From Halioglobus sp. (GTDB lineage: Bacteria; Pseudomonadota; Gammaproteobacteria; Pseudomonadales; Halieaceae): 64,000 nt of DNA. Within the stretch, counting starts at the first letter, position 1. Every line of letters starts with the position of its first letter. The DNA is taken from contig OZ244998.1 of assembly GCA_965223475.1 (NCBI GenBank), positions 2,054,553-2,118,552 of the forward strand, read 5' to 3'. The notes beneath the pieces were generated by a model. It saw nothing but the letters and a program-made list of their open reading frames with translations, was not told the origin of the DNA and searched no databases. The translations under genes were made by a program, and so were the position numbers. Of this stretch, positions 22,037-31,996 are shown piece after piece.

Positions 22037-23422
22037 TCAGACCTCCACCGCCGTGTTTTCGGGTACTAGCACTTCCAGCACGCGCTCCATACCCGCGCCT
22101 CGCGAACCCTTCACCAACACGGTGTCGTCTGCGTCAAATTCGACGCCGGTTCTGGTGCCGCCGCACAGTGTCTCCAACAGCTCTCCCATCGACACGAACA
22201 ACTGGCCTCCTGGACCAAAGGCTTCAACAGTAGGTGCCAATTCCGGGCCAACTCCCCATAGCTGTTCCACGCCGGCGGCCTTCGCGTAAGCGCCTATTTC
22301 CGCGTGCAGCGCGGCGCTGTCATCACCTAACTCCAGCATGGCACCCAGCACTAAGGTGCGGTGCCCAGTGCTACCGGCCAGTGTATCAATTGCTGCGCGC
22401 ACAGAGCCGGGATTGGCGTTGTAGCAATCGTCAATCACGCGGGCACCACTCGCCGCGCGCACCACCCGCAAGCGCCCTGCCACTGCGTGCAATGATTCCA
22501 GGCCGTCGCGAATAGCACTCAAATTTAAGCCACAGGCCAGCCCGACAGCGATGGCGGCGAGGGCATTGGCGACGTTGTGCTCGCCGGGCAATGCGAGACG
22601 AACCACAATGTCACCGGATGGCGTAGAAGCCGTAAAGCTCACGCCTTCGATTCCGCGTAATTGAATCTCGCGCGCGGTAATAGCTGCCGGCGCGTGCAGG
22701 CCAAAGTCGAGCACGCTGGCGTCACCAGCGCGTTTACGCCAAGCTTTGGCCCAGGGTTGGTCGGCGTTGATTACGGCGCAGTCATCGCTGCGTAGATCAT
22801 CGAATATTTCGCCTTTCGCCTGTGCAACATCTTCAATACTGCCAAAACCCTCTAAATGTGCAGGCATTGCATTGAGCAGAACAGCGATGTTGGGCTTACC
22901 CAACTCACAGAGATAGCGAATATCACCGCCGCGCGCAGCCCCCATTTCCACGACGGCATATTCAACTTGAGGGTGCAGTCTTAACAACGTGAGTGGCACG
23001 CCGATTTCGTTGTTAAAGTTGCCCCGGGTCGCGAGGGTTTCCCCGGCGCGAGACAACACCGCACATACCATGTTTTTTACTGTAGTTTTGCCACTGCTGC
23101 CGGTGATCGCGACCAACGCACCGGTGTACAGGTTACGGTTGTATTGCCCCACGCCGCCCAGAGCGCGCTGGGTATCTGTAACCTGCAACTGCGGCAACGC
23201 AACGCTGCTGGGCGAAACCACAACTGCGGCGCTGGCTCCCGCCGCGTGAACCTGTGGCAAGTAGTCGTGCCCATCAAAACGCTCGCCGCGCAATGCCACA
23301 AACAAATCGCCCGCCGTGATGTCGCGACTATCTGTGGACACCCGCCGTATCTCGCAGTCGGAGCCGTGCAGTTGCGCGCGCAACGGCTGCGCCAATTCGC
23401 GCAGTGTGAAGGGGCGCATCAC
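22037..23422 (-). CDS. murF: UDP-MurNAc-tripeptide-D-Ala-D-Ala ligase
   Basis: GSSGKTTVK, NFNNEIGVP, EMG, DDCYNANP, VKGSR. Confidence 0.97.
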   Translation of the reverse strand: MMRPFTLRELAQPLRAQLHGSDCEIRRVSTDSRDITAGDLFVALRGERFDGHDYLPQVHAAGASAAVVVSPSSVALPQLQVTDTQRALGGVGQYNRNLYTGALVAITGSSGKTTVKNMVCAVLSRAGETLATRGNFNNEIGVPLTLLRLHPQVEYAVVEMGAARGGDIRYLCELGKPNIAVLLNAMPAHLEGFGSIEDVAQAKGEIFDDLRSDDCAVINADQPWAKAWRKRAGDASVLDFGLHAPAAITAREIQLRGIEGVSFTASTPSGDIVVRLALPGEHNVANALAAIAVGLACGLNLSAIRDGLESLHAVAGRLRVVRAASGARVIDDCYNANPGSVRAAIDTLAGSTGHRTLVLGAMLELGDDSAALHAEIGAYAKAAGVEQLWGVGPELAPTVEAFGPGGQLFVSMGELLETLCGGTRTGVEFDADDTVLVKGSRGAGMERVLEVLVPENTAVEV

Positions 23423-24912
23423 GATGCTCGCCTCCCATCCAGTGCGCGCTGCGCATGCTCCGCGTCACTAAAGTCCCGACGCTCGCCGTCAATAAGTTGA
23501 TAGGATTCGTGCCCTTTGCCGGCAATGAGCACACAGTCGCCACTCTCGGCTTCGGTGATTGCCCTGGCAATGGCTTGCGCTCGATCAACTTCCAACACGT
23601 AGTCGCCACGCAGTCCACTGGCGATATCGCTCAAAATCGCCTGTGGATCTTCACTGCGCGGGTTATCCGAGGTAACGATGACAGCATCTGCCCAGTCACT
23701 CGCAACACGCCCCATTAGTTGGCGTTTGCCGGTATCGCGCTCGCCACCGCAGCCAAAGACAACAACCAGTTTACCCACCACATGCACGCGCAACGCACGC
23801 AGCGCCTGCTCAAGGGCGTCGGGGGTGTGTGCATAGTCCACGACTACCTGCACGTCTTCGCCGCTGCCAAGGGATTGCATTCGGCCATCGACAGGTAGGA
23901 CCTTGCGCAGCGCCTCCAGGGCGGCGTGCATGTCTTCGCCCGCCGCGAGCAATGCGGCCAGTACAGCCGCGACGTTGGCTAAATTGAAACGGCCGGGCAA
24001 TGGGCTATCGATACTCGCGCTACCCCAAGGGCTGCGCCACAACGCGGTCACCCCAGTCGCATGCCACTGCGGCTGCGTCACCGCGACCTCAGCTTCGGCG
24101 TCGTCCAAGGTGTAACGAATCACTTGCACATCCTCAGCCACTGCCGCATGGATCTTGGCGCTAAAAGGGTCATCGGCGTTGAGTACGACATGCTGCAAAC
24201 CTGGCATAGTGAACAACTGCAACTTGGCGCGACCGTAGGCTTCCATATCAGCGTGGTAGTCGAGGTGGTCGCGCGACAGATTGGTGAACACTGCCGTATC
24301 GAATTCGACGCCGTGGACGCGACCCTGCAAGAGCGCGTGCGAGGACACCTCCATGCTCACGGCGATCACACCCTCACTGCGCCACTGGGCGAGCAGGCGT
24401 TGCAAGCTCACGGCGTCCGGGGTGGTGTTGGTGGCATCGGTCACACTGTTGTCCAATGCGTTTCCCAAGGTGCCAATAACACCGCAGGACTTGCCCAAAC
24501 CGCGCAGTACCTGCGCGAGAATACGGCTGCAACTGGTTTTGCCGTTGGTACCGGTAAAACCGACCATGTGTAACTCGCGGCTGGGGTGCCGAAAAAAACG
24601 TGCGGCGAGTGCACCCACCTCCAGGCGCAGCTCGGGTATTTCGATCAGCGGCACCGGCAGTGCGTCGACAAAACCGGCCGCCGGCGCCTCGGCGAGAATC
24701 GCCGAAGCACCATTGGCCACCGCCTGTTCAATGAACTGGCGGCCGTCATGCACGTCCCCTGGCATGGCGAGAAAGACATCTCCGGGTTCGACGCTGCGGC
24801 TATCTAGCTGCATACCTCTCACCAAAGTGTCGGCGAATTGCGTTTCTGCTAAATCTAACAACTGCGGCAGCGGCATCGGCGGCACCAACTCTGCAGCGCT
24901 CGTCTGCATCAT
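23419..24912 (-). CDS. murE: UDP-MurNAc-dipeptide-meso-DAP ligase
   Basis: GTNGKTS, EVSSH, DYAHTPD, DNPR (DAP specificity), AGKGHE. Confidence 0.97.
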   Translation of the reverse strand: MMQTSAAELVPPMPLPQLLDLAETQFADTLVRGMQLDSRSVEPGDVFLAMPGDVHDGRQFIEQAVANGASAILAEAPAAGFVDALPVPLIEIPELRLEVGALAARFFRHPSRELHMVGFTGTNGKTSCSRILAQVLRGLGKSCGVIGTLGNALDNSVTDATNTTPDAVSLQRLLAQWRSEGVIAVSMEVSSHALLQGRVHGVEFDTAVFTNLSRDHLDYHADMEAYGRAKLQLFTMPGLQHVVLNADDPFSAKIHAAVAEDVQVIRYTLDDAEAEVAVTQPQWHATGVTALWRSPWGSASIDSPLPGRFNLANVAAVLAALLAAGEDMHAALEALRKVLPVDGRMQSLGSGEDVQVVVDYAHTPDALEQALRALRVHVVGKLVVVFGCGGERDTGKRQLMGRVASDWADAVIVTSDNPRSEDPQAILSDIASGLRGDYVLEVDRAQAIARAITEAESGDCVLIAGKGHESYQLIDGERRDFSDAEHAQRALDGRRAS

Positions 24913-26645
24913 GTCGCACCCCCTTCTGCTGCGGGTTTTGCTTTTGCAAACACGCCAGTTTGACTGGGGGGTATGTTGAGAATGCGCAACGCTTCTTCGG
25001 TAACGGCGGAAAATAGCGGGGCCGCAGCCGCGCCGCCACCGTAGTCTTCGCTCTTTGGATCGTCGATCACGACAACGGTGACCACACGCGGGTCGTCTAT
25101 CGGTGCGACACCGGCAAATAGCGCAATGTAGTCATCCTGGTAGCCGCCCTTGCCAACCTTGTGCACGGTGCCGGTCTTTCCACCTACTTCATAGCCCGGC
25201 ACGCGCGCGCGCCAGGCGGTGCCTTCGTCAGCAGTGACCGCGTGTAAGATATCCAACACCTGCGCCGCGGTGCGCGTGGAGATGACGCGCTCGCCCGGTG
25301 GCACCTCCCCCTCCATAGCCTGCAGCGTCACCGGCTGCAGCACGCCACCGTTGGCAAAAACTGAGTACGCGCTCGCCAGTTGCAGGGCAGAAACGTTCAG
25401 GCCATACCCAAAGGCCAGCGCGACCTTTTCACTCACGTGCCACTTCGGTGGATTGGGGAGATATCCCGCACTTTCGCCGGGGAACCCAGACCCGGGGGGC
25501 ACACCCAATCCGAAGCGACGAAACACATCCCATATTGGCTCGTGACCGAGGTCCAGTGCCAACTTGGTGACACCCACTTGACTGGATTTCTGCATGATGC
25601 GCGTCAGCGTAATTTCGCCGTAATTTTTTGGGTCTGGATAAACTTTACTGCCCACTCGGATATAGCCTGGCGCAGTATCGATCAGCGTATGCGGTGTAAA
25701 TCGACCGCTTTCCAGGGCGGCAACCAGGGTCAGCGCCTTGACGGTGGAACCCGGTTCGTAAACATCGGTCACTGCGCGATTACGCAAGTTCTCGATGTCG
25801 ACATCTTTGCGCATATTGGGGTTGTAGACGGGATAGTTCACCATCGCCAACACTTCACCCGTGCGACTATCGAGGGTCACCACGCTGCCCGAACTGGCGC
25901 CGAGGCGCCCAACCGCTTTGCGCAGTTCGCGGTGCTGCAGATATTGCAAACGCAGATCAATACTGAGTGTAATGTCGCGACCAGACACGGCTTCTTTCAC
26001 CACACCGATGTCACGCACAACGTCGCCGCGACGATCATAGATGTATTTCTTTTTTCCAGGCTTGCCGCGCAACCACTCGTCAAAGGCCAGCTCTAGTCCA
26101 TCGATGCCCTCACCATCGACATCGGTAAAGCCAACCAACTGAGCGGCAACTTCACCCGCGGGATAAAAACGCCGGTACTCACGTTTTCCGCCAACACCCT
26201 CGATTTCCAACTCACGCACCAAATCCAAGACAACTTGCGCTTTGTCCGGCTGCCAGTGTCGAACCAGGTATGTGAACTGCTTACTGGCGCGGCGCTTCAG
26301 TTTCTTGCGCAGCGCATCGAGGGACATCCCCAATGCATCGGCCAACGCCGCTAAATGTGGTGAGCCGCGTAGCAACTGCGGGTTGCCCCAAATCGAAGTG
26401 ACCGGCGTGCTAACCGCTAAAGGTTCACCGCGGCGATCTGCAATCAAACCGCGATAGGCGGGAATCGTGGCATTGCGCACCATGCGCATATCACCCTGAT
26501 CCTTTAGAAAAGTGCGGCCGCGCTCTGAATCCACTAACTGTAACGACGCCATACGAAACACCAAGAGACAAAACAACGCCAGCAACAATAACCAGACAAA
26601 GTAGAGCCGCCAGCGCGGTGTGCTCACTGGTGTCGCTGTACTCAT
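24909..26645 (-). CDS. ftsI: Penicillin-binding protein 3 FtsI
   Basis: TM anchor, RG.IADR, EPGSTVK (SxxK), KSSQVG, KTGT. Confidence 0.97.
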   Translation of the reverse strand: MSTATPVSTPRWRLYFVWLLLLALFCLLVFRMASLQLVDSERGRTFLKDQGDMRMVRNATIPAYRGLIADRRGEPLAVSTPVTSIWGNPQLLRGSPHLAALADALGMSLDALRKKLKRRASKQFTYLVRHWQPDKAQVVLDLVRELEIEGVGGKREYRRFYPAGEVAAQLVGFTDVDGEGIDGLELAFDEWLRGKPGKKKYIYDRRGDVVRDIGVVKEAVSGRDITLSIDLRLQYLQHRELRKAVGRLGASSGSVVTLDSRTGEVLAMVNYPVYNPNMRKDVDIENLRNRAVTDVYEPGSTVKALTLVAALESGRFTPHTLIDTAPGYIRVGSKVYPDPKNYGEITLTRIMQKSSQVGVTKLALDLGHEPIWDVFRRFGLGVPPGSGFPGESAGYLPNPPKWHVSEKVALAFGYGLNVSALQLASAYSVFANGGVLQPVTLQAMEGEVPPGERVISTRTAAQVLDILHAVTADEGTAWRARVPGYEVGGKTGTVHKVGKGGYQDDYIALFAGVAPIDDPRVVTVVVIDDPKSEDYGGGAAAAPLFSAVTEEALRILNIPPSQTGVFAKAKPAAEGGAT

Positions 26646-26701
26646 GACTGTTTATCTCGGCTCATGGCTGTTATTCTGCTCATGGCTGTTATTCTGCTCA
26701 C
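26642..26701 (-). CDS. Putative 19-aa mini-ORF (VSRITAMSRITAMSRDKQS) bridging ftsL stop and ftsI start
   Basis: GTG overlaps ftsL TGA (GTGA); its TGA overlaps ftsI ATG (ATGA); built from an 18-bp duplication. Translation not demonstrated. Confidence 0.35.
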   Translation of the reverse strand: MSRITAMSRITAMSRDKQS

Positions 26702-26706
26702 GGCTG
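26662..26706. repeat. 18-bp tandem repeat TCATGGCTGTTATTCTGC x2 plus half copy
   Basis: Identical copies at 26662-26679 and 26680-26697, then TCACGGCTG. Confidence 0.92.
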
Positions 26707-27027
26707 CACCACCCTGAAACGCGTGAGATCGGGTGCAGCCATACCCAATTCATCGCGCGCCACAGTTTCAATGCGATGGTGCGCTGCCCAGGTGCTGCGC
26801 TCGAGCAGCAACCGCCCGTGATCTTCTTGCAAGTGCCATTGTTGCTCCTCCAGGCGCTGCAACTGCGCATACAATTCGCGGCAGGCGTGGGTGGAATACA
26901 CATTGGCAAAGGCAGAAGCCAACACGAAGGCAAGTAGCAACGCAATGCTCAGCAGCGCCTTGCGACGTCCCTGCCGTAACGCTTGCACATCATGCATTTG
27001 CCGCTGTGTCACCACTACTCCACCCAT
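26698..27027 (-). CDS. ftsL: Cell division protein FtsL
   Basis: Basic N-terminus, one TM helix, coiled coil, LLLERSTWAAHHRIE..A..ELGM; between rsmH and ftsI. Confidence 0.92.
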   Translation of the reverse strand: MGGVVVTQRQMHDVQALRQGRRKALLSIALLLAFVLASAFANVYSTHACRELYAQLQRLEEQQWHLQEDHGRLLLERSTWAAHHRIETVARDELGMAAPDLTRFRVVQP

Positions 27028-27031
27028 TGCG

Positions 27032-27958
27032 CTAACTAATTTTCTCCGCCACCCGCATCACCGCACTGCGCGCACGCGCATTGCCCGCCACTTCTTCGTC
27101 ACTCGATCGCACCGCCTTGCCAATTAACCGCATGCGACGATTTAATGCCGCATCCGTCACCGGAACGCCGCGCGGCAAATTGTCGCCGCGCGCCATATCG
27201 CGCATGTAGCGCTTGACCAATCGATCTTCGAGTGAGTGAAAGCTGATAACCACCAAGCGACCGCCCACACGCAGTAAATCGAGCGCCACATGCAGTACTT
27301 CTTGCAGATCATCAAGCTCGCCATTGACCTTGATCCGAATGGCCTGGAAGGTGCGCGTGGCTGGATGCTTGTGTTTTTCCCAGCGCGGGTTGGCGTCGCT
27401 CACTAACTTGGCGAGTTCGCCCGTGGTTTCGATGGCCGCAATTTCACGCGCAGCCACAATGGCGGCAGCGATACGCTTAGCGAAGCGCTCCTCACCGTAG
27501 TCGCGCAATACCTGCACAATGTCTAGCTCATCCGCGTGTGACAACCACTGCGCTGCAGTCTCACCACGCGTGGTATCCATGCGCATGTCTAGCGGACCAT
27601 CGGATTGAAAACTGAAGCCGCGAGCGGCGTTGTCAAGCTGTGGGCTCGATACACCTAAATCAAGTAAAAGACCGTCAACTGCGGATATCCCCATACGCCG
27701 CAGTTGACGGGGAAGCAGAGCAAAAGACCCGTGAAAAAATTCAAACCGGGGCTCACTCCTGGCAAACGCTTGCGCTGCATCGGCTGCTTCTGGGTCTTTG
27801 TCCACCGCGAGCACGCGACCCTCCTTCTGCAGCTGTTGCAACAAGTACCGAGTGTGGCCGCCACGGCCAAAGGTACCGTCGATATAAAAACCACCGGGGT
27901 TGGTTACCAGAGCGTCGATTGCCTCTCGTAACAACACTGTCTGATGCATGTCGCCCAC
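27032..27958 (-). CDS. rsmH: 16S rRNA m4C1402 methyltransferase RsmH
   Basis: H..VLL, DGTFGRGGH, DLGVSSPQLD, DGPLDMRM, ISFHSLEDR. Confidence 0.98.
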   Translation of the reverse strand: MGDMHQTVLLREAIDALVTNPGGFYIDGTFGRGGHTRYLLQQLQKEGRVLAVDKDPEAADAAQAFARSEPRFEFFHGSFALLPRQLRRMGISAVDGLLLDLGVSSPQLDNAARGFSFQSDGPLDMRMDTTRGETAAQWLSHADELDIVQVLRDYGEERFAKRIAAAIVAAREIAAIETTGELAKLVSDANPRWEKHKHPATRTFQAIRIKVNGELDDLQEVLHVALDLLRVGGRLVVISFHSLEDRLVKRYMRDMARGDNLPRGVPVTDAALNRRMRLIGKAVRSSDEEVAGNARARSAVMRVAEKIS

Positions 27959-28414
27959 TTACAGATTCAGCGATTGAAAAGCTTCAGATAGCGGCTGCCC
28001 GTCATCCTGTGGCATGACTGGTAGAGAACTGGTGGCCTCCCACGCATCCTCTCCCCAAATTTCAAACTTGGTGGACTGCCCGATAAGTACGAGCTTTTTT
28101 TCTAGCTCCGCGCGCTTACGCAAGGCGGGCGTAAGCAAAATTCGGCCGCTGTTATCGATCTCATATTCGGTGGCATGGCCGATAAACATTCGCTGGAAGT
28201 GCTTTACGCCTGTTTGTAGAGAAGGCAAACTGTTGACGGCGCGCTCGACGCGCTCCCACTCGGGCATTGGATAAGCGACCAAACAGGGAGAGTCTGCACC
28301 GATCGTGACCATCAATTGCTTGATACCCGCTTTTTCGAGTTCTTCACGAAAGCGCGCCGGCACGGCAATCCGTCCCTTGGCATCCATATTGACGTTGTGT
28401 ACTCCACGAAACAC
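27959..28414 (-). CDS. mraZ: dcw cluster transcriptional regulator MraZ
   Basis: MFRG...DAKGRIAVP, D.SGRILL, LIGQ..KFEIW. Confidence 0.96.
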   Translation of the reverse strand: MFRGVHNVNMDAKGRIAVPARFREELEKAGIKQLMVTIGADSPCLVAYPMPEWERVERAVNSLPSLQTGVKHFQRMFIGHATEYEIDNSGRILLTPALRKRAELEKKLVLIGQSTKFEIWGEDAWEATSSLPVMPQDDGQPLSEAFQSLNL

Positions 28415-28634
28415 GCCGCACTACCCCACCCATGACTTCGCTAGCTACCTAATGGCCGCAATGTGTTCGGCCTGTGATGTCCCGACCCGCTCTTCTTTGC
28501 ACAACCGGTATGGCAGTGCTGTCCCTGTTGACGCTCGCGATTTCTGTTCGCGCCGCGCCTGGCGTGTCCAGGGCCGGTGGAGAACGCATTTACGATCGGG
28601 TGATAACCTCGGTCTGATGAAAAAGGGGTCAAAT

Positions 28635-28681
28635 CCCACACTTAAACCCAATTTCTGCCACTCTCCGCCACCTTTCTGCAC
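28635..28681 (-). promoter_or_regulatory. Putative MraZ binding boxes (GTGG-like repeats at 10-bp spacing)
   Basis: Minus strand reads GTGCAGAAAG GTGGCGGAGA GTGGCAGAAA TTGGGTTTAA GTGTGGG; resembles known GTGGG-N5 dcw boxes upstream of mraZ. Confidence 0.7.
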
Positions 28682-29167
28682 TATAGGGCCGAGATTTTCC
28701 CTGGTCAAGCAGCGGCAAGCAGAAACTGCTGTAATTTCAGGGTATTAGGCGTAAGTTGCTGTAAATTGGGCGAAAAATAATGGTAATTTTTATGAGAAAT
28801 ATTCCATAAAACAGCCCGATAAATTCACTAGTTAAAGCTGTACCTTAAGCTTTAGAGTAGTTTTTCATGAAGATAAAGAATTGTTATTCGAAATTAGCAT
28901 AAGATACCCAGCAAACGGGCCTATCCATGTCACGCTCACGATGAAACAACCGCTGATTCGGCAGCGGCTAGCCCCTGGCGTTTGCGTATTCCAGACCAAG
29001 CCTGCCACTGATTCCAGACGAAGCCTGCCACCCATTCCGCGCGAAAGCTGCCACTGATTCCACGGCAAAGCTGCCACCCCGGCAGCTGGCCTGAGAACCA
29101 CCAGCGGAGCACCCCGACGCGAGATAACTAACCGGTATTCTGGCCCCTGCCATAAGGAGGGAGTCAG

Positions 29168-30709
29168 ATGCCTGCAAAGAGGTTATCCATGCGTAAAATC
29201 AAAGAAGTCCTGCGCCTCAAATGGGGCAACGGCATGAGTAATCGGCGCATTGCCGCCAGTTGCGGCATCGGCCGCCCCACCGTCAGCGAGTATCTGCGCC
29301 GGGCCGAGGAGGCCGGCCTCAGTTGGCCCCTGCCTGCCGATCTGGACGAGGCCAGGCTGGAGCGGCTGCTGTTCCCGCCACCGCCAAATCTACCGGCCCA
29401 GGCCCGCGGCATCCCCGACTGGAGCCACATCCACAAGGAACTCAGGCACAAGCACGTCACCCTGTTCCTACTCTGGCAGGAATACCGCCAGAACCACCCC
29501 GAGGGCTACCAGTACAGCTGGTTCTGTGAGCACTACCGCACCTGGCAGGGCAAGCTGGACGTGGTCATGCGCCAGGATCATCGTGCCGGCGAGAAGCTGT
29601 TTGTGGACTACGCTGGCCAGACCGTGCCGATCATTGATCGCAACACGGGCGAGATCCGCCAGGCCCAGATCTTTGTGGCGGTACTGGGGGCTTCCAACTA
29701 CACCTACGCCGAAGCGACCTGGAGTCAGGCCCTGCCGGACTGGATCGGGTCGCATGTGCGCGCCTTCGGGTTCTTGGGCGGCGTACCGGCATTGGTGGTA
29801 CCGGACAACCTCAAGTCCGGCGTGAGCAAGGCGCACCGTTATGAGCCTGACACCAACCCCACCTACCAGGATATGGCCTCCCACTACGGCGTGGCGGTAC
29901 TGCCAGCGCGGGTGCGCAAACCCAAGGATAAGGCCAAGGTGGAGGGCGGTGTCTTGATTGTGGAACGCTGGATACTGGCCGCCCTGCGTCACCGCCAGTT
30001 CTTCTCCTTAGTGGAGCTCAACGCCGTCATCAGCGAACTGCTGGTTAAGTTCAATGACCGCCCCTTCCGCAAGCTGCCGGGCTGCCGCCGGGAGCACTTC
30101 GAGCAACTGGATCAGCCAGCGTTACAACCCTTGCCCGCCGAACCCTACGTCTACGCCGAATGGAAGAAAGCCCGGGTCCACATCGATTACCACGTGGCCG
30201 TCGACGGGCACTATTACTCGGTACCCTACACCCTGATCAAGAAGCAGGTCGATGTGCGCATCACCCGCCATACCATCGAGTGTTTCCACCGGGGCAACCG
30301 GATCGCCAGTCACCGCCGTTCTTACCACAAGGGCAGCCACACCACAGTACCGGCCCATATGCCGGAAGCGCACCGCCAGGCCGGGGAATGGTCGCCCGAG
30401 CGGCTGGCCAGGTGGGCAGCGCAGACTGGCCCGGCCACAGAGAAGCTGATCCGAACCGTACTGGGATCACGCAAGCACCCGCAGCAGGCGTACCGATCCT
30501 GCCTGGGCATCCTGCGCCTGGGCAAGGCCTATGGCGACGAACGCTTGGAGGCCGCCTGCCGGCGGGCTCTGACCCTGGGCAGCTGCCGCTACAAAAGCAT
30601 TGAATCCATCCTCAAGCACCGACTGGACGAGCAGCCCCTGGAGGAACAGCAGGAACTGGCGCTACCCGACACTCACGACAACATCCGCGGCCCCGCGTAC
30701 TACCACTGA
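29168..30709 (+). CDS. istA: IS21 transposase IstA
   Basis: N-terminal [30 protein letters not shown] (DDE), C-terminal NIRGPAYYH. Confidence 0.96.
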   Translation: MPAKRLSMRKIKEVLRLKWGNGMSNRRIAASCGIGRPTVSEYLRRAEEAGLSWPLPADLDEARLERLLFPPPPNLPAQARGIPDWSHIHKELRHKHVTLFLLWQEYRQNHPEGYQYSWFCEHYRTWQGKLDVVMRQDHRAGEKLFVDYAGQTVPIIDRNTGEIRQAQIFVAVLGASNYTYAEATWSQALPDWIGSHVRAFGFLGGVPALVVPDNLKSGVSKAHRYEPDTNPTYQDMASHYGVAVLPARVRKPKDKAKVEGGVLIVERWILAALRHRQFFSLVELNAVISELLVKFNDRPFRKLPGCRREHFEQLDQPALQPLPAEPYVYAEWKKARVHIDYHVAVDGHYYSVPYTLIKKQVDVRITRHTIECFHRGNRIASHRRSYHKGSHTTVPAHMPEAHRQAGEWSPERLARWAAQTGPATEKLIRTVLGSRKHPQQAYRSCLGILRLGKAYGDERLEAACRRALTLGSCRYKSIESILKHRLDEQPLEEQQELALPDTHDNIRGPAYYH

Positions 30710-30720
30710 AGGAGAACATT

Positions 30721-31476
30721 ATGTTGAAGCATCCTACCCTGGATAAACTCCAGGCCCTCAAGTTTACCGGCATGGCGGCAGCTCTGGCCGACCAGATGGC
30801 CATGCCCGATATAGACGAGTTGGGCTTTGAGGAGCGTCTCGGCCTGCTGGTGGATAGAGAGATCACCGAGCGGGAAAACCGGCGACTCACTAACCGGCTG
30901 CGCCGTGCCAAACTGAGGCACAATGCTGCCTTAGAGGATCTCGATTACCACACCTCCCGTGGGCTGGACAGGGGGCTGATTCAATCCCTGGCAGCCTGCC
31001 AGTGGGCAAAGGAATCTCTGAACGTACTGATCACCGGGCCCACCGGCGTGGGCAAAACCTGGCTGGCCTGTGCCTTGGCGCACAAGGCCTGTCGGGCGGG
31101 CTACACCGCCCAGTACATCCGTCTGACCCGGCTGCTGCGGGAGTTGATGATCGCCAAGGGTGACGGGCGCTACACCAAGTTACTGGCCAGCTTGGCCAAA
31201 GTGGATGTGCTGATCCTGGACGATTGGGGCCTGCTGAAGCTCAACGCCGAGAACCGGCGGGATTTGCTGGAGGTCCTGGAAGACCGACACGGCAACCGCG
31301 CCACCATCGCGACCAGCCAGCTGCCCATCGAGGAGTGGCATGGTGTGATTGGTGATGCGACGCTGGCTGACGCGATCCTCGATCGGCTGGTACACAACGC
31401 TTACAAGATTAATCTGAAAGGAGAATCCATGCGAAAGCGGCAATCAAAGTTGACGAGCACCACCCCTTTGGAGTAA
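30721..31476 (+). CDS. istB: IS21 helper AAA+ ATPase IstB
   Basis: GPTGVGKT, LILDDWG, TSQLP...W, ADAILDRLVHNA, GESMR. Confidence 0.97.
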   Translation: MLKHPTLDKLQALKFTGMAAALADQMAMPDIDELGFEERLGLLVDREITERENRRLTNRLRRAKLRHNAALEDLDYHTSRGLDRGLIQSLAACQWAKESLNVLITGPTGVGKTWLACALAHKACRAGYTAQYIRLTRLLRELMIAKGDGRYTKLLASLAKVDVLILDDWGLLKLNAENRRDLLEVLEDRHGNRATIATSQLPIEEWHGVIGDATLADAILDRLVHNAYKINLKGESMRKRQSKLTSTTPLE

Positions 31477-31585
31477 CAATGCAAACCCCGCGTCGCTACG
31501 CGCCGTTGGGTGGCAGCTTTGCCCCGGTCCGGGTGGCAGGCTTCAAATGGAATGGGTGGCAGGCTTCAGCGGTTTACGCAGGCGT

Positions 31586-31996
31586 TTAGGCCTTCACTAA
31601 ACGAAGCACCATACTAAGGCTCAAACATACACTCCGTTGCACACGCAGCATCGAAATGATGCAGCACTCAAAAAATAAAGTAGTTACCGCCAAGAACAAA
31701 CTCCGATCAACGCCTCGCGACAGTCGACTTATGTTCTTACGCTGAACTATAGCTATGACCCAATCACTTTTGATGGTGCCGATGGTTTTCCCCATCAGCG
31801 TGACTTTCGGACAATTGATAGCCTTAACCGAATCCGCAGACTTCTTCTTACGATGTGCGCCCGTTTGGTTGCTGTTTAGCGCGAATTCATAACCCGATTG
31901 ACAGTTGTAGAAAGTTACCGCAGACGCAGTTGGCGACAGTGACGCGAGCGTTAATGCAGGTGCAGTTATCAGTAGTGTTGACTTCAGTGAATTCAT
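31586..31996 (-). CDS. Small putatively secreted hypothetical protein, possibly a gene remnant
   Basis: GGAG SD before ATG; signal-peptide-like MNSLKSTLLITAPALTLASLSPTASA; plausible N-terminal half, C-terminal half looks like translated non-coding DNA. Confidence 0.45.
   Translation of the reverse strand: MNSLKSTLLITAPALTLASLSPTASAVTFYNCQSGYEFALNSNQTGAHRKKKSADSVKAINCPKVTLMGKTIGTIKSDWVIAIVQRKNISRLSRGVDRSLFLAVTTLFFECCIISMLRVQRSVCLSLSMVLRLVKA

Larger units (their letters stand above)
28983..31580 (+). mobile_element. IS21-family insertion sequence, intact, 2598 bp
   Basis: Ends TGCGTA...TACGCA; CTGCCAC repeats at 23-bp period (4 left: 29002, 29025, 29048, 29071; 3 inverted right: 31510, 31533, 31556); target duplication GGCGTT at 28977-28982 and 31581-31586; istA-istB. 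Confidence 0.97.

Noticed and set aside
28942-28982. IS21 targeted to an end-like sequence (AACCGCTGA shared with the right end)
   Set aside because: The 9-bp match has the wrong spacing and orientation relative to the insertion point; probably chance.
28983-29080. CRISPR-like or iteron repeats near 29000 and 31500
   Set aside because: Fully explained as IS21 terminal transposase-binding repeats.
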